A stretch of DNA of 64,000 bases, from positions 40,486 to 104,485 of the forward strand of contig JBBIJY010000008.1 in the NCBI GenBank assembly GCA_037445735.1, in the 5' to 3' direction. Position 1 is the stretch's first letter. Every line of letters starts with the position of its first letter. Below the pieces are notes generated by a model. That model saw only the letters and a program-made list of their open reading frames with translations, had not been told where the DNA came from and did not search any database. The DNA comes from Armatimonadota bacterium (GTDB lineage: Bacteria; Armatimonadota; Fimbriimonadia; Fimbriimonadales; GBS-DC). Shown here piece by piece: positions 46,790-57,626 of the stretch. The position numbers and the translations under genes were made by a program.

Positions 46790-49114
46790 GTGGCGATGAG
46801 CTGGCGATGGTGGACAGTGATAGGGCTGCTGTGGCTTGGATGCTGGATGGGTTCCGCTCAGACAGCGGAGCCGCAGGTGGGCTTCCCGCTGGGCTGGTAC
46901 ACTTTCCCCGAAATCGCGAACGCATTCTCGGTGGAAGGGCGCACGGTGGAGTGCGCCGCCAACCTGCGCCAGCAGGTGGCGCTGATTCATCTCAAACCGC
47001 GCAACTGGAGCCAGGCGAAGCGGCTCATCAGCTCGGGACTGGATGTGCGCTTTCGCCCTGCTGGCGAGAACCGCTGGGTGATGGAGCGGGAGCCTTCCAT
47101 CGTGGCGCGCGAGAAGCGATGGCGCCAGCAGTTCAAGGCGCACCTCGTCCAGTCGATACAGAAAGAGATAGAGTTCGAACTCCGCTACGACGGTGGTCGG
47201 GCACTGGTTCGCGCGCTGCCGCCTGAGCAGTGGCAGGAGCTGGTCACCCTGCTCAAGCGCCTTGAGGAGTGGGATCGCCAGAATCCAGAAACCAATCGGC
47301 AAAAGCTGCTTGAAACCGCGCCCATCAGCCCATCGGAGGTGAGCGCACCACTCTGGCGCTATGCCGAGTCGTGCTACCCCATTCTTGCCGACAGAATCAA
47401 GAAAGAACTATTGGTGGATGTCGGCAGCAATCGAACCCTGCAGACGAAGGCAACTCTCATTCTGCTGACGATCTATGCGCACCAGATCGAGTCGACAGGG
47501 GTTTTAGACGACTTGCCATTAGAGCTGTTGCTGGAGCTGTCGCAACAAAACAGGCGTATCACGCGATGGTGCGAGGAATGGTGGCGTGAATGGCAGAAGA
47601 AGGCAGAAGCCTATCGTGAAGATGAGGAAGCATATAGAGCTAATCTTGACGCTGCCATTGAAGCACAGCTGGATGTGATGCCGCTGGGGCGATACTCCTT
47701 CAGCGAGGCGCTATGGCGAGCGATCGAGCCACTTCTGCCAAAAGTGATAGAGGAACTTAAGCATAGAGGGGAAATCGAGGCAGAGGACAACCCGGAGCGC
47801 CAGCTCAAAAGGGCGCTCCTGTGGCTGCTGGAGAAGCAGTCTTTCAGAAGGTACCCCCACTACGCAAACCTGTGCTGGCATCTGCTGGGAAGTGATCGGT
47901 CATTGCGCACAGCGCTGGAGGAGGCGTTTGAAAAACGGCTGGTGGTGCGCGCGGTAAGGCTGTCGAGGCTGGTGGAAGACCCTACCCTGCGTGCCTGGCT
48001 GCTGGATGATGAAGATGTCGATCCCGAGAAAGCCCCGCCGTCATCTGATGAGTGGGCGTTCATCTATAGCCTGCACTGGAAGCCGGAGTATCTGTCATTT
48101 GATGCTTTCTATATCCCGATTCATATCACAGGGCACTTCCCAACCTACAGCTGGATTTCTCTCTATAGTGCTGGTGAATCATCTGCCGATGGATTAGAGG
48201 GGGTGTTTGAGGCGCTGGACGAAGAGGCGCAGAAGCTGCTCCAGCAGTGGCGGGCGGAGACCGAGCGTGTCCTGCAATCCCCGCTGGGCACGCAGAAGGT
48301 GGCGGTCAAAATGCACGATAGTGCTGACGAAGGTCAGCTGCGTCCTCTGGTGCGCTGGGTGCAGGCAAGCCAGGTGGAAGTGATTATGGAGCTGACGCCC
48401 GCCCGATGGCATTATCTAAGCTTCGGTTTAATATCGCGTTCATCCCTATCGTTGCAGGAACTGTACCAGACGGAGATAGAGGATGGTACAGGTGCAGCAA
48501 ACAATGCGTTGCAGATGCGGCTGGAGGAGGGCGTGCTGATTATCTTCAACGCGCTCGCGTTTCTGGATCGCTGGATCGACTATCCAGCAGCGGCTTTATT
48601 GCGCCTGCACAGGCGCAGCCGCGCGCCCAACGAGAGCCTTCCATGCGCGCCATGGATTGAGTTCTGTCAGGAGGTTTCGCCCATGCAGGTGCGCTGGCTG
48701 GACGCTTTGTATTGCTTCTGGCTTGAATGTGGTCGGAACTACCGTGACCTACCTGCGTTTTATCGTCTGTATCGGGGTATGCTGACAGGTCGCGAAAGTC
48801 TGCTGAAGACGGGTGGCGAGATACGCTTTGAGGGGTGGACGCCCCCTGCTTTGCAGCAAACCGTTCTGCTCTGGCAGTCCACGATGCAGGAGTTGTTCTG
48901 GATAAACGCACTGGTGTATCACCCCTCCTTCGCCCAATGGTTGCGTCAGCACCCGATAAAGATAGAACCAATTCGTTTCAATATTGATAAAGAGAAAAAC
49001 CAATTCCGATGGAGGCTTGAATGCAAATTTGTTGATCCTGACAGGCTAAGAGGCTTACGCATATGCGTATCCATTGCATATCCTCTCAGCCAGCTACCCG
49101 AAGGCGACCTGTGA
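46790..49114 (+). CDS. Large secreted hypothetical protein
   Basis: 774-aa ORF with signal peptide; no motif recognised; GC drops towards the 3' end; start 46790 or 46796. Confidence 0.7.
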   Translation: MAMSWRWWTVIGLLWLGCWMGSAQTAEPQVGFPLGWYTFPEIANAFSVEGRTVECAANLRQQVALIHLKPRNWSQAKRLISSGLDVRFRPAGENRWVMEREPSIVAREKRWRQQFKAHLVQSIQKEIEFELRYDGGRALVRALPPEQWQELVTLLKRLEEWDRQNPETNRQKLLETAPISPSEVSAPLWRYAESCYPILADRIKKELLVDVGSNRTLQTKATLILLTIYAHQIESTGVLDDLPLELLLELSQQNRRITRWCEEWWREWQKKAEAYREDEEAYRANLDAAIEAQLDVMPLGRYSFSEALWRAIEPLLPKVIEELKHRGEIEAEDNPERQLKRALLWLLEKQSFRRYPHYANLCWHLLGSDRSLRTALEEAFEKRLVVRAVRLSRLVEDPTLRAWLLDDEDVDPEKAPPSSDEWAFIYSLHWKPEYLSFDAFYIPIHITGHFPTYSWISLYSAGESSADGLEGVFEALDEEAQKLLQQWRAETERVLQSPLGTQKVAVKMHDSADEGQLRPLVRWVQASQVEVIMELTPARWHYLSFGLISRSSLSLQELYQTEIEDGTGAANNALQMRLEEGVLIIFNALAFLDRWIDYPAAALLRLHRRSRAPNESLPCAPWIEFCQEVSPMQVRWLDALYCFWLECGRNYRDLPAFYRLYRGMLTGRESLLKTGGEIRFEGWTPPALQQTVLLWQSTMQELFWINALVYHPSFAQWLRQHPIKIEPIRFNIDKEKNQFRWRLECKFVDPDRLRGLRICVSIAYPLSQLPEGDL

Positions 49115-49135
49115 ACCTTCGCCCTGATATTCCCG

Positions 49136-50851
49136 TCAGCCTGTGGGGGCGTTATTCCTGGACGGGCGCCACAGGGTCAGGGGTAGCGGGTTGAAGATGG
49201 GTTCGCGCTGGCGACTGTCGTTATAGAGCGCGAGCAGGCGCGCGTCAGGCTCCTTGCCCGCTGCCTGTTGCTCCATCAGCGTTGCAATCGCCTCGAAGCG
49301 TTGCTGGTGGTCGTGGAAGCGTCGTTCGGCGTAGTCGCGCGCGGCGCCCGTGGTGATCAGAAAAGTCCAGTCGGACGCCTGCATCAGCAGGAGTTCCCGC
49401 ACCAGCTGCTGGAGATAGGGCTGAAGGGGCGTCGAGCCGCCGTATGCCTCTAAAAGTTGCAGGAAGCGCACCTCCGCACGATAGAGCTGCTCCCACACCC
49501 AGGCGGTCTGCTCGTTCAGCCAGATGAAGTGGAACCCACCCTCGCCCCACGAGCCTTCAGGCAACAGCACCGTTTCATCGGGCGGCAGGCGTTCCAGCAC
49601 CTGCGAGCCGGTGAGCATCTCGATGTCGGGGTCGCCCGCGATGCGCTGGATGACCGCCGCGAGCCATTCGGGTCCTTCGAACCACCAGTGCCCGAACAGC
49701 TCGGTGTCGTACATCGAGACCAGCACGCCCGGCTCGCCTGTTCGGGCGCGATGGTCGCCCAGCACCTGCTTGAGCAGCCCGACGAAATGGTCGGCATGTG
49801 CCTGCACCGCTTCGAACGCTGCATAGGGTTCATACGGCTGCTTGCTGGCGAGATCACCCTTGTTCTCGCTCACGCGCCAGTAGCGCAGGCGACCGGGGTA
49901 GTGCTGCTTATGGAACTCCAGATAGCGGGCGTCGCCGGGGTAGCCGTGTTCACCGCTCCAGACCTGCAGGGTGGTTTGCGGGTCGCGGGCGAACACGGCG
50001 AGCGGTGCGGGCGCGGGCACCCAATAGGCGCGATAGGGGCTGCGCTCCGCTCGTTCGCCCTGATAGGCGCGCTGCGCCTGCTTGAACAGCTGCGCCAGCG
50101 CGGGGAACCGTGCAAGATAGGTGCCCAGCGGCTCACCCCCGCGCAGCATGTGCGTGTCGACAAAGAAGTATTGTACGCCCGCCTCGCTCAAAAATTGCTC
50201 GATGCCTGCACGCTCACGGGGCGGGATCAGCTCGCGGGCGACGGGCGGCGCCCAGCGATAGGCGGGGCGATAGGCGCATTCGGGCAGCCAGAAGCCGCGC
50301 GGCGCACGCCCAAAATAGCGCTCATAGGTCTGCACGCCTAACAGCACCTGCGCCCGCACACACTCGTCGGTGCCGATCAGCGGCAGGTAGCCGTGCGTCG
50401 CCGCGCTGGTGATAACCTCAATCGCCTCCGCGTCCTGCAGCTGGCGAAAGCCCATTAGCAAATCGTCATTCAGCGCGTTGAGCAGTGCCTGCTGACGCTC
50501 ATAAAATGCCTGCCAGAAGTATGCCAGCCCCGCCTGCCAGCGGATACCCTGCTGGCGAAACGCCTGCATATCGGCGCGGGACGCCTCCTGCTTGAACTGC
50601 AGGTAGCCCGCCATCTCGGTTCGGAACGCGGGGCTGGCAAGCTGTTCCTGCAGGATGGGCGTGAAACTGATGGTGTAGCGCGCGGGGATGCCCTGCTGGA
50701 GCAGGCGATGAGTCCGCTCCCACAACGGCAGATAGCATTCGGCAGCTGCCTCCACCAGCCAGTCGGTGCCGTGAGGCGACCTGCCGTGCGTCAGCACATA
50801 GGGGATGTGCGAGTGCAGCACCAGCGCCCAGTAGCCCAGCGGTCGGCTCAT
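49136..50851 (-). CDS. GH57 1,4-alpha-glucan branching enzyme
   Basis: LVLHSHIPYV, ATHGYLPL, GFWLPECAY, YDTELFGHWWFEG, QASDW; start MSRPLG at 50851. Confidence 0.93.
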   Translation of the reverse strand: MSRPLGYWALVLHSHIPYVLTHGRSPHGTDWLVEAAAECYLPLWERTHRLLQQGIPARYTISFTPILQEQLASPAFRTEMAGYLQFKQEASRADMQAFRQQGIRWQAGLAYFWQAFYERQQALLNALNDDLLMGFRQLQDAEAIEVITSAATHGYLPLIGTDECVRAQVLLGVQTYERYFGRAPRGFWLPECAYRPAYRWAPPVARELIPPRERAGIEQFLSEAGVQYFFVDTHMLRGGEPLGTYLARFPALAQLFKQAQRAYQGERAERSPYRAYWVPAPAPLAVFARDPQTTLQVWSGEHGYPGDARYLEFHKQHYPGRLRYWRVSENKGDLASKQPYEPYAAFEAVQAHADHFVGLLKQVLGDHRARTGEPGVLVSMYDTELFGHWWFEGPEWLAAVIQRIAGDPDIEMLTGSQVLERLPPDETVLLPEGSWGEGGFHFIWLNEQTAWVWEQLYRAEVRFLQLLEAYGGSTPLQPYLQQLVRELLLMQASDWTFLITTGAARDYAERRFHDHQQRFEAIATLMEQQAAGKEPDARLLALYNDSRQREPIFNPLPLTLWRPSRNNAPTG

Positions 50852-50918
50852 CGCCTCTCTGGTTCGCCTGATGCGCGCGCTCTCCTGCTGCAGGTGGGGA
50901 GCGAGTATACTCCTTGTT

Positions 50919-51875
50919 ATGGTGAAGGCGTCGCTCGATATCGATGGGCTGGTGGCGGGCGTGCTGAAGGGCGAGACCCGCGCGATTGCTCGCGCCATCA
51001 GCCTGGTGGAGGATCCCAGCCCCCAGCGGCTCGCCCTGCTGGAGAAGCTGTTCCCCCATACGGGGCATGCCCTCAAGGTGGGCATCACGGGCGCGCCCGG
51101 CGCAGGCAAAAGCACGCTCACTTTCCAGCTCACCCCCCGCTTTCGCCAGCAGGGGTATCGGGTGGCAGTGCTGGCGGTAGACCCCACCAGCCCCTTCAGC
51201 GGCGGCGCGATTCTGGGCGACAGAATCCGCATGGAAGATAACCTGGTGGGCACCTATATCCGCAGCCTTGCCAGTCGGGGCAGTCTCGGTGGTCTCTCGC
51301 GGGGCGTGCCGCCCGCCGTGCGCGTGCTGGAAGCCGCCGGATTCAACCTGATCCTGATTGAGACAGTCGGTGCGGGGCAGCTGCAGGTCGATGTGCGCTT
51401 CGTTGCCGACACGGTGGTGCTGACGCTCGTACCCGAAGCGGGCGATGTCATCCAGGCGATGAAGGCAGGCATCATTGAGATTGCCGACATCTATGTGGTG
51501 AACAAAGCCGACCGCGAGGGCGCAACCCGCATGCGACTGGAGCTGCGCGCTGCGCTGGAACTGGGCGAGAAGCCGAAAGGCTGGAACCCGCCGATTCTGC
51601 TCACGGAAGCCCTGCACGGTAGAGGCATCGACGAGCTGGTGCAGTTCATTCAGGAACACTGGGACCATCAGCGTCGCACGGGCGACTGGGAGCTGCGCCG
51701 CCAGCAGCAGTTAGAATGGGAACTGCAATCGCTGGTGCAGGAGACGCTTGAGGCGCGCGCCCGCGCCCTCACCCAGCAGCTGTTCGACCGCGAGACCCTC
51801 ACCCGCATCGCGCAGCATCAGGAAAACCCCTTTCCCCGCCTGCTCGAACTCTGGCAGAGCATGCATCCCGTTTAG
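50919..51875 (+). CDS. meaB: MeaB/ArgK family GTPase
   Basis: GITGAPGAGKST, AVDPTSPFSGGAILGDRIRM, ETVGAGQ, QAMKAGIIE, NKAD. Confidence 0.93.
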   Translation: MVKASLDIDGLVAGVLKGETRAIARAISLVEDPSPQRLALLEKLFPHTGHALKVGITGAPGAGKSTLTFQLTPRFRQQGYRVAVLAVDPTSPFSGGAILGDRIRMEDNLVGTYIRSLASRGSLGGLSRGVPPAVRVLEAAGFNLILIETVGAGQLQVDVRFVADTVVLTLVPEAGDVIQAMKAGIIEIADIYVVNKADREGATRMRLELRAALELGEKPKGWNPPILLTEALHGRGIDELVQFIQEHWDHQRRTGDWELRRQQQLEWELQSLVQETLEARARALTQQLFDRETLTRIAQHQENPFPRLLELWQSMHPV

Positions 51876-52786
51876 GGTGCCTCGGGCTTCTTCACCGCGT
51901 GTCCCCCGAAGGCATTGCGCAGCTGGGCGAGGAATCGGTACTGGAAGCCTGTTTCGTCCTGACTGCGGAACCGTTCGTGCAGGGCGAGCGTGATGAGCGG
52001 TGCCGGGCTGCCCAGCTCGATTGACTCCTGCGCGGTCCAGCGTCCTTCGCCTGAATCTGCCACATAGGGCGCCACCGCGCTCAGCGCCGCATCGTGCTTC
52101 AGGAATCCCGCAATCAGCTCCAGCAGCCAGCTGCGAATCACGGTACCGTGGCACCACGCCTCCGCCACCCGCGCGATGTCGATGGCAAACTCCTGCTTGC
52201 GACGCAGCAGGTCAAAGCCTTCGGCATAGGCTTGCATAATCGCGTATTCGATGCCATTATGGATCATTTTGGCGTAGTGTCCTGCACCGACGGGACCCAC
52301 ATGCACCCAGCCTTTGTCGGGCGCGGGCGCAAGGTCGCGCAGCAGGGGCGTGATGCGCTCAATCACCTCCGGGTCGCCGCCCGCCATCAGCCCGTAGCCG
52401 TGCTCCAGCCCCCAGATACCGCCTGAAACGCCCACATCGGCAAAGCGAATGCCCCGCGCCTGCAACTGCTCGGCATAGCCTATCGAATCGCGATAGTAGC
52501 TGTTGGCGCCGTTCACCACCAGATCGCCCGGTTGCAGCAGCGCGGCAAACTCAAAAATAGCCTGTTTGGTCGGCTCGCCAGCCGGGTACATGAACCAGAG
52601 CGTGCGTGGGGGTGCAAGCGCGTCCACCAGCTCCTGCGGCGTGTAGGCGGGAATAATGCCATACGGCACATGCTCCTCAACGGTCGCCCGCGTGCGGGAA
52701 TAGCCCACCACGCGATGCCCGCGCGCCACCAGCCGCCGCGCCATATTGCCACCCATCCTGCCAAGACCCACCATCCCGACTTCCAT
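51872..52786 (-). CDS. gnd: 6-phosphogluconate dehydrogenase, decarboxylating (short form)
   Basis: [42 protein letters not shown]; start 52786 or GTG 52789. Confidence 0.95.
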   Translation of the reverse strand: MEVGMVGLGRMGGNMARRLVARGHRVVGYSRTRATVEEHVPYGIIPAYTPQELVDALAPPRTLWFMYPAGEPTKQAIFEFAALLQPGDLVVNGANSYYRDSIGYAEQLQARGIRFADVGVSGGIWGLEHGYGLMAGGDPEVIERITPLLRDLAPAPDKGWVHVGPVGAGHYAKMIHNGIEYAIMQAYAEGFDLLRRKQEFAIDIARVAEAWCHGTVIRSWLLELIAGFLKHDAALSAVAPYVADSGEGRWTAQESIELGSPAPLITLALHERFRSQDETGFQYRFLAQLRNAFGGHAVKKPEAP

Positions 52787-52840
52787 CACGACGGGAGTGT
52801 ACCCCATCGGGTACACTTGAACGGTACAGGAGATACGCGC

Positions 52841-55114
52841 ATGCAAATCCGACGCATGAATCGGTTGATACGGGAGAAAAGCCCCTATCTGCTGCAACAC
52901 GCTTACAATCCCGTGGACTGGTACCCGTGGGGCGCAGAGGCGTTCTTTCGCGCCCGCACCGAGGACAAGCCCGTGTTCCTCTCCATCGGCTACTCCTCGT
53001 GCCACTGGTGCCATGTGATGGAGCGCGAATCGTTCGAGAACGAATCGATAGCGGCGATTCTGAACGAATATTTCGTGCCTGTGAAGGTGGATCGGGAGGA
53101 GCGTCCCGATGTGGACGAGATTTATGTGACGGCGGTGCAGTTGATTCGGGGCACAGCGGGCTGGCCGCTGTCGGTGTTTCTGACGCCTGACGGCGAGCCG
53201 TTCTATGGCGGCACCTATTTCCCGCCTGCCGTGTTTGCTGACCTGTTGAGGCAGGTCGCTCATCTGTGGCGCACGCAGCGGGCGCAGGTGTTGCAGACCG
53301 CGAAGGAGCTGACCAGCGATCTGCGGACAGTGCTCAGCTTGCAGGGGCGCGAGCTGCGGGGCAAGCGCGAGCCGTCCATCTTCCGCACCTATCTGAACCT
53401 GTTCTTTGCGGGCTATGACCCGGAGCATGGAGGCTTTGGCGACGCGCCCAAGTTCCCGCCCAATACCGCGCTACCCGTACTGCTGTGGATGGCAGAGGCG
53501 TGGCAGAGCGAGGAGGCAGGTCTCATGGCGCTCCACACGCTTAACAAGATGGCGGAAGGCGGCATTCATGATCATATCGGCGGCGGCTTCCATCGCTATG
53601 CCGTCGACCAGCGATGGCTACTGCCCCATTTCGAGAAGATGCTCTATGATAACGCGCAGCTGGCGTGGGCGTACACCCGCGCCTATACGCTGACGGGCGA
53701 ATCGGAGTACGCGGCTGTCGCGCACGATACCCTGCAGTGGATGGTTCGCGAGCTGCGCACCGACGAGGGCGCGTTCGCCAGTGCGCTGGACGCCGACAGC
53801 CCCGATGGCGAGGGCGCGTTCTATACCTGGACCCAGAGCGAGATTTACGACGCGCTGGACGCCGACACCGCCGCGCTGGTCTGCACCGTGTATAACATCC
53901 AGCCCGACGGCAACTACCGCGAGGAGGCAACCGGTCAGCCCACCGGGCGCAACATTTTGCATCGGCGGGACTCACTGAGCGAGCTGGCGAACCAGCTCGG
54001 CATGGGTGTGGACGAACTGCGCGATCGCCTGCAGGAGGCGCACGCGCGCCTGCTGGAGGTGCGCGCCCGTCGCCCCGCGCCCGCCCGCGACAACAAGGTG
54101 CTGACCGACTGGAATGGGCTGGCAATCAGTGCGCTGGCTCACGCCGCCGTCGCGCTGGAGAACCCCACCTACCGCACGCTCGCCGAGCAAGCCGCCGAGT
54201 TCATCTGGCAGCGACTGCGTGATGGTCAGGGCAACCTGCTGCACCGCTATTGCGACGGCGAGGCGGCGATCCCCGCCTATCTCAGCGATTACGCGCTCTA
54301 CGGGATGGGACTGGTTAGCCTGTTCGAGGCGACCGAAGACGACCGCTGGCTCGAACGCGCCGTCGAAATCGCGGATCGGCTCATCGAGAAGTTCCACGAT
54401 GCCGAGCGGGGCGGCTTCTTTGAAACCGCCGACGAGCACACACTGCTGATTGTGCGCTACAAATCGGTGCAGGATCGGCAGCTGCCGTCGGGCAACGGCG
54501 CGGCGGCGCAACTGCTGGCGAGCCTGAGCCACCTGCTGATTGGCGACGATCCCGCCCGCAGCGAGCGGTACGCGCAACTCGCAGGCGAAGCCATCGACTC
54601 GGTGTGGGAGCTTATCCAGCGTGCGCCCAGCGTGTGCAGCAGCCTGCTGTACGCCTATCTGCTGCTGGAGGGCGATACGCTGCCCACGCCCGATCTGGAA
54701 ATCGAGGCTGTGCTCGCTGAGCCAGAGCAGCAGGGCCCCGTCACCGTGCATCTGGTGACCCAGCCTGAAGGGTTGCTGGTGGTCTTCGAGATTGAGCCGG
54801 GCTGGCACATTCAGGCGGCACAACCAACCCGCGCCGATCTGACCCCCACGCGTGTGGAGGTGCAGACCGACCTGCCCATCCTCTTTGGTGAACCCATCTG
54901 GATACCACCACAACCGTATCAGGTGGGCGGGGAGCAGTTGATGGTCTATCGCACGCAAGCTGCCGCGCTGATCCCGATTGTGGGCTTCCGTGAGGGCGAG
55001 CCAGCGGAGGAGGGTTTCATCCGCGTGCGGGTCGTCTATCAGCCCTGCACCGACACCGAGTGCGCCCTGCCCGTCGAACGCTCCTTCCTGCTGCCCGTGA
55101 GCCTGCGTGAATAG
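52841..55114 (+). CDS. YyaL/SPATA20 thioredoxin-domain protein with C-terminal DsbD-N-like domain
   Basis: [38 protein letters not shown]-terminal [19 protein letters not shown]. Confidence 0.92.
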   Translation: MQIRRMNRLIREKSPYLLQHAYNPVDWYPWGAEAFFRARTEDKPVFLSIGYSSCHWCHVMERESFENESIAAILNEYFVPVKVDREERPDVDEIYVTAVQLIRGTAGWPLSVFLTPDGEPFYGGTYFPPAVFADLLRQVAHLWRTQRAQVLQTAKELTSDLRTVLSLQGRELRGKREPSIFRTYLNLFFAGYDPEHGGFGDAPKFPPNTALPVLLWMAEAWQSEEAGLMALHTLNKMAEGGIHDHIGGGFHRYAVDQRWLLPHFEKMLYDNAQLAWAYTRAYTLTGESEYAAVAHDTLQWMVRELRTDEGAFASALDADSPDGEGAFYTWTQSEIYDALDADTAALVCTVYNIQPDGNYREEATGQPTGRNILHRRDSLSELANQLGMGVDELRDRLQEAHARLLEVRARRPAPARDNKVLTDWNGLAISALAHAAVALENPTYRTLAEQAAEFIWQRLRDGQGNLLHRYCDGEAAIPAYLSDYALYGMGLVSLFEATEDDRWLERAVEIADRLIEKFHDAERGGFFETADEHTLLIVRYKSVQDRQLPSGNGAAAQLLASLSHLLIGDDPARSERYAQLAGEAIDSVWELIQRAPSVCSSLLYAYLLLEGDTLPTPDLEIEAVLAEPEQQGPVTVHLVTQPEGLLVVFEIEPGWHIQAAQPTRADLTPTRVEVQTDLPILFGEPIWIPPQPYQVGGEQLMVYRTQAAALIPIVGFREGEPAEEGFIRVRVVYQPCTDTECALPVERSFLLPVSLRE

Positions 55115-55135
55115 GCGCGGGTATCATGGCAATCG

Positions 55136-55441
55136 ATGGAACGGTTGACTCTGCAGGCATTTAAGGCAAGCGTGCAACAGGCAACCCCGCCCGACCTGCC
55201 TGTGCCGCTGCTGGCGCTCTGGTACGAGGCGCGCGGCGACTGGAACCGCGCGCACGAGCTGGTGCAGAACGACCCGACCCGCGAGAGCGCGTGGGTGCAC
55301 GCCTATCTCCACCGCAAGGAGGGCGACCTTGCGAACGCCCGCTACTGGTACAACCGCGCCAGCCGCCCACCCGCCGACGGCGACCTCGAAACCGAATGGG
55401 AACAGATTGCCCAGACCCTTCTGGAACAGATGAATCGATAA
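55136..55441 (+). CDS. Conserved hypothetical helical protein
   Basis: W.RAHELVQ..AWVHAYLHRKEGD..NARYWY. Confidence 0.8.
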   Translation: MERLTLQAFKASVQQATPPDLPVPLLALWYEARGDWNRAHELVQNDPTRESAWVHAYLHRKEGDLANARYWYNRASRPPADGDLETEWEQIAQTLLEQMNR

Positions 55442-55447
55442 CCTGAT

Positions 55448-56128
55448 TCAGCGGCGGGCTGCCACCAGGCTCCGCCGATAGGTCGGATGGCTCAGATGGT
55501 CGATCGCCACGCCGCCGCGCGAGCGTGCGCTGTGAATAAAGTAGCCCTCGCCGATATAGATGCCCGTGTGGTCGATCGCCTTCCCTTTCACCGCGAAGTA
55601 GAGGCGGTCGCCTGGTTGCAGATCTTCGATTCGGGTGATGGGGATACCTTTGAGCGCCTGTTCGCGGGCGCGGCGGGGCAGGCGGATGCCCAGCTGTTCA
55701 TAAACCAGCTTCACGAAGCCGGAGCAGTCGATGCCTGTGCGCGGGTCGTTGCCGCCCCAGCGGTAGCGTGTGCCCAGATACTGCATCGCCAGCCGCGTCA
55801 CATAGCCGGGGTCAACCCCGCGCGGCAGGTTGTAGACCACCTCGTAGGGTGTAATCTTCACCGCGCTGCGGGGCAGCCAGCCGAGCGCACCGTTTTGCAT
55901 CAGCACGCCACACCAGTTGCCCCGCTGCGCCTGCATCATCAGATAGTAGCGGGCGGGCACCCGCCAGTAGATGGGCGCACGCGGGTCCGGACGCTGATAG
56001 ATGGGCGTCGGGCGCACCACCAGAATCAGTCGCCCCAGCCGATGCGTCACATAGCCCGTCGCCTGACGCGCCGACGGCGGATTGCGTGCCGAGAGCGTCC
56101 GTCCCGTGCGTCGATTCGGCTGTTGCAT
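55448..56128 (-). CDS. NlpC/P60 (C40) peptidase with SH3-like domain
   Basis: YLGTRYRWGG..GIDCSGFV, LQPGDRLYF, HTGIY..FIHS. Confidence 0.9.
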   Translation of the reverse strand: MQQPNRRTGRTLSARNPPSARQATGYVTHRLGRLILVVRPTPIYQRPDPRAPIYWRVPARYYLMMQAQRGNWCGVLMQNGALGWLPRSAVKITPYEVVYNLPRGVDPGYVTRLAMQYLGTRYRWGGNDPRTGIDCSGFVKLVYEQLGIRLPRRAREQALKGIPITRIEDLQPGDRLYFAVKGKAIDHTGIYIGEGYFIHSARSRGGVAIDHLSHPTYRRSLVAARR

Positions 56129-56137
56129 AGCACCCCT

Positions 56138-56761
56138 CTACGCGCTTTGGGCGATGGTCTCTTCTAACGAGGGCGCCCGCACCCGATGGCGCTCCGCAAT
56201 CAGAATACAGCGCAGCGTCTCCAGCGCGCGATTGAGATCGTCGTTCGTGATGCAGTAGTCGTACTGTGGGATATATTCCATCTCCTTGCGCGCGTTTTCG
56301 AGTCGGAGCTGGATGGAGGCTTCGTCGTCGCGCCCGCGTTTGCGCAGGCGCGCCTCCAGCTCCTGCAACGAGGGCGGTTGAACGAAGATCAGCACCGCCT
56401 CCGGGAATCGCTGTTTGACCTGCATGGCGCCCTGCACATCGATGCGCAGCACCACATCATAGCCGCGCTCGCGCCACTCCTGCATCTCGCGCAGAGGCGT
56501 GCCGTACCAGTGTCCATGCACCTGCGCGTACTCCAGAAACGCGCCTTCCTCGATCAGGCGCTGGAACTCCGGCTCGCTGACGAAGTAGTAGTCGAGCCCG
56601 TGGCGCTCGCCCGGCGTGCGCGGGCGCGTGGTGTAGGTCACCAGCCGCCGCAGATTGGGCGCGACCAGCTGCCACCGTTCAATCAGGGTGTCCTTGCCCA
56701 CACCCGCAGGACCCGAAAGCACAATCAGCAATCCGCGTTCACGATTTGCCACCAGCGTCAC
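56138..56761 (-). CDS. gmk: Guanylate kinase
   Basis: SGPAGVGK, TTRPR.PGE..G.DYYF, YGTP, IDVQGA, PPSLQELE.RL. Confidence 0.96.
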   Translation of the reverse strand: MTLVANRERGLLIVLSGPAGVGKDTLIERWQLVAPNLRRLVTYTTRPRTPGERHGLDYYFVSEPEFQRLIEEGAFLEYAQVHGHWYGTPLREMQEWRERGYDVVLRIDVQGAMQVKQRFPEAVLIFVQPPSLQELEARLRKRGRDDEASIQLRLENARKEMEYIPQYDYCITNDDLNRALETLRCILIAERHRVRAPSLEETIAQSA

Positions 56762-57626
56762 CTCCAGCCCGATGGGTTTGCGCCCGCAGCCCCGTCGCCA
56801 GGAGCGTCAGTCCAAACAGCCCACCACTGACGGTCGCCATCGAACCCGTAATGGAGACATCCAGCAGGTGCGCGGAGACATAGCCCAGCAACACCGCCAG
56901 CCAGCCACATGTGATACTGACGAGAATCATCATCGGCAATCGGCGCGAAATCAACAGGGCTGTCGCGGGTGGCACCACCAGAAACGCCAGCACCAGAATC
57001 GCGCCCACCACCTCAAAACTGGCGACCACCACCAGGGCGACCGCCGCCATTAATAAATGATACACCATGCGCGTCGGGATTCCTGCCACCTGCGCATACA
57101 CAGGGTCAAAAGTGCTGACCAGCAGCTCCTTGTAGAGCCAGATGGTGAGCAGGAGCGTCAGCATCAGCACGCCGCTCAGGGTCCAGACGGCGCGCGGTCC
57201 CAGCACTCGCTCGCCCACCATCCACACATCCCACGGCACATAGGCGATTTCACCATACAGCACGCAGTCCAGATCGAGATCGACCTGCCCGCTATAGCGG
57301 GAGATGAGCAGGACGCCGAGCGCGAACAGCGCGGTGAAGGTGATGCCCATCGCCGCGTCGGGTTTGATGAATCGACGCTGGCTCAGCCACTGGATGAGGG
57401 CGGTGCTGACCATCCCGACCGCGCCCGCGCCCAGCAGCATCGGCAGCGGCGCACGACTGCCTGTGAGCCAGAACGCCAGCACGATGCCCGGCAGCACCGC
57501 ATGGCTGATCGCGTCGCCCAGCAGCGCCATGCGCCGCAACAGCAGCCAGCAGCCGACCAGCGCACAGCTGGTCGCCACCAGCCCGCCTGCTATCAACACC
57601 CACAGCGTGCTTTGCCAGTCGATCAT
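56739..57626 (-). CDS. Mn/Zn/Fe ABC transporter permease (TroD/MntD-like)
   Basis: LLRRMALLGDAISHAVLPG, DLDCVLYGEI, STFDP. Confidence 0.92.
   Translation of the reverse strand: MIDWQSTLWVLIAGGLVATSCALVGCWLLLRRMALLGDAISHAVLPGIVLAFWLTGSRAPLPMLLGAGAVGMVSTALIQWLSQRRFIKPDAAMGITFTALFALGVLLISRYSGQVDLDLDCVLYGEIAYVPWDVWMVGERVLGPRAVWTLSGVLMLTLLLTIWLYKELLVSTFDPVYAQVAGIPTRMVYHLLMAAVALVVVASFEVVGAILVLAFLVVPPATALLISRRLPMMILVSITCGWLAVLLGYVSAHLLDVSITGSMATVSGGLFGLTLLATGLRAQTHRAGGDAGGKS

Noticed and set aside
51872-53428. 518-aa extended gnd and other long N-terminal extensions (metG 2648, pntA 24577, GH57 51253, TroA 60540)
   Set aside because: Extensions overlap divergent genes; family similarity and promoter/RBS signals begin at the shorter starts
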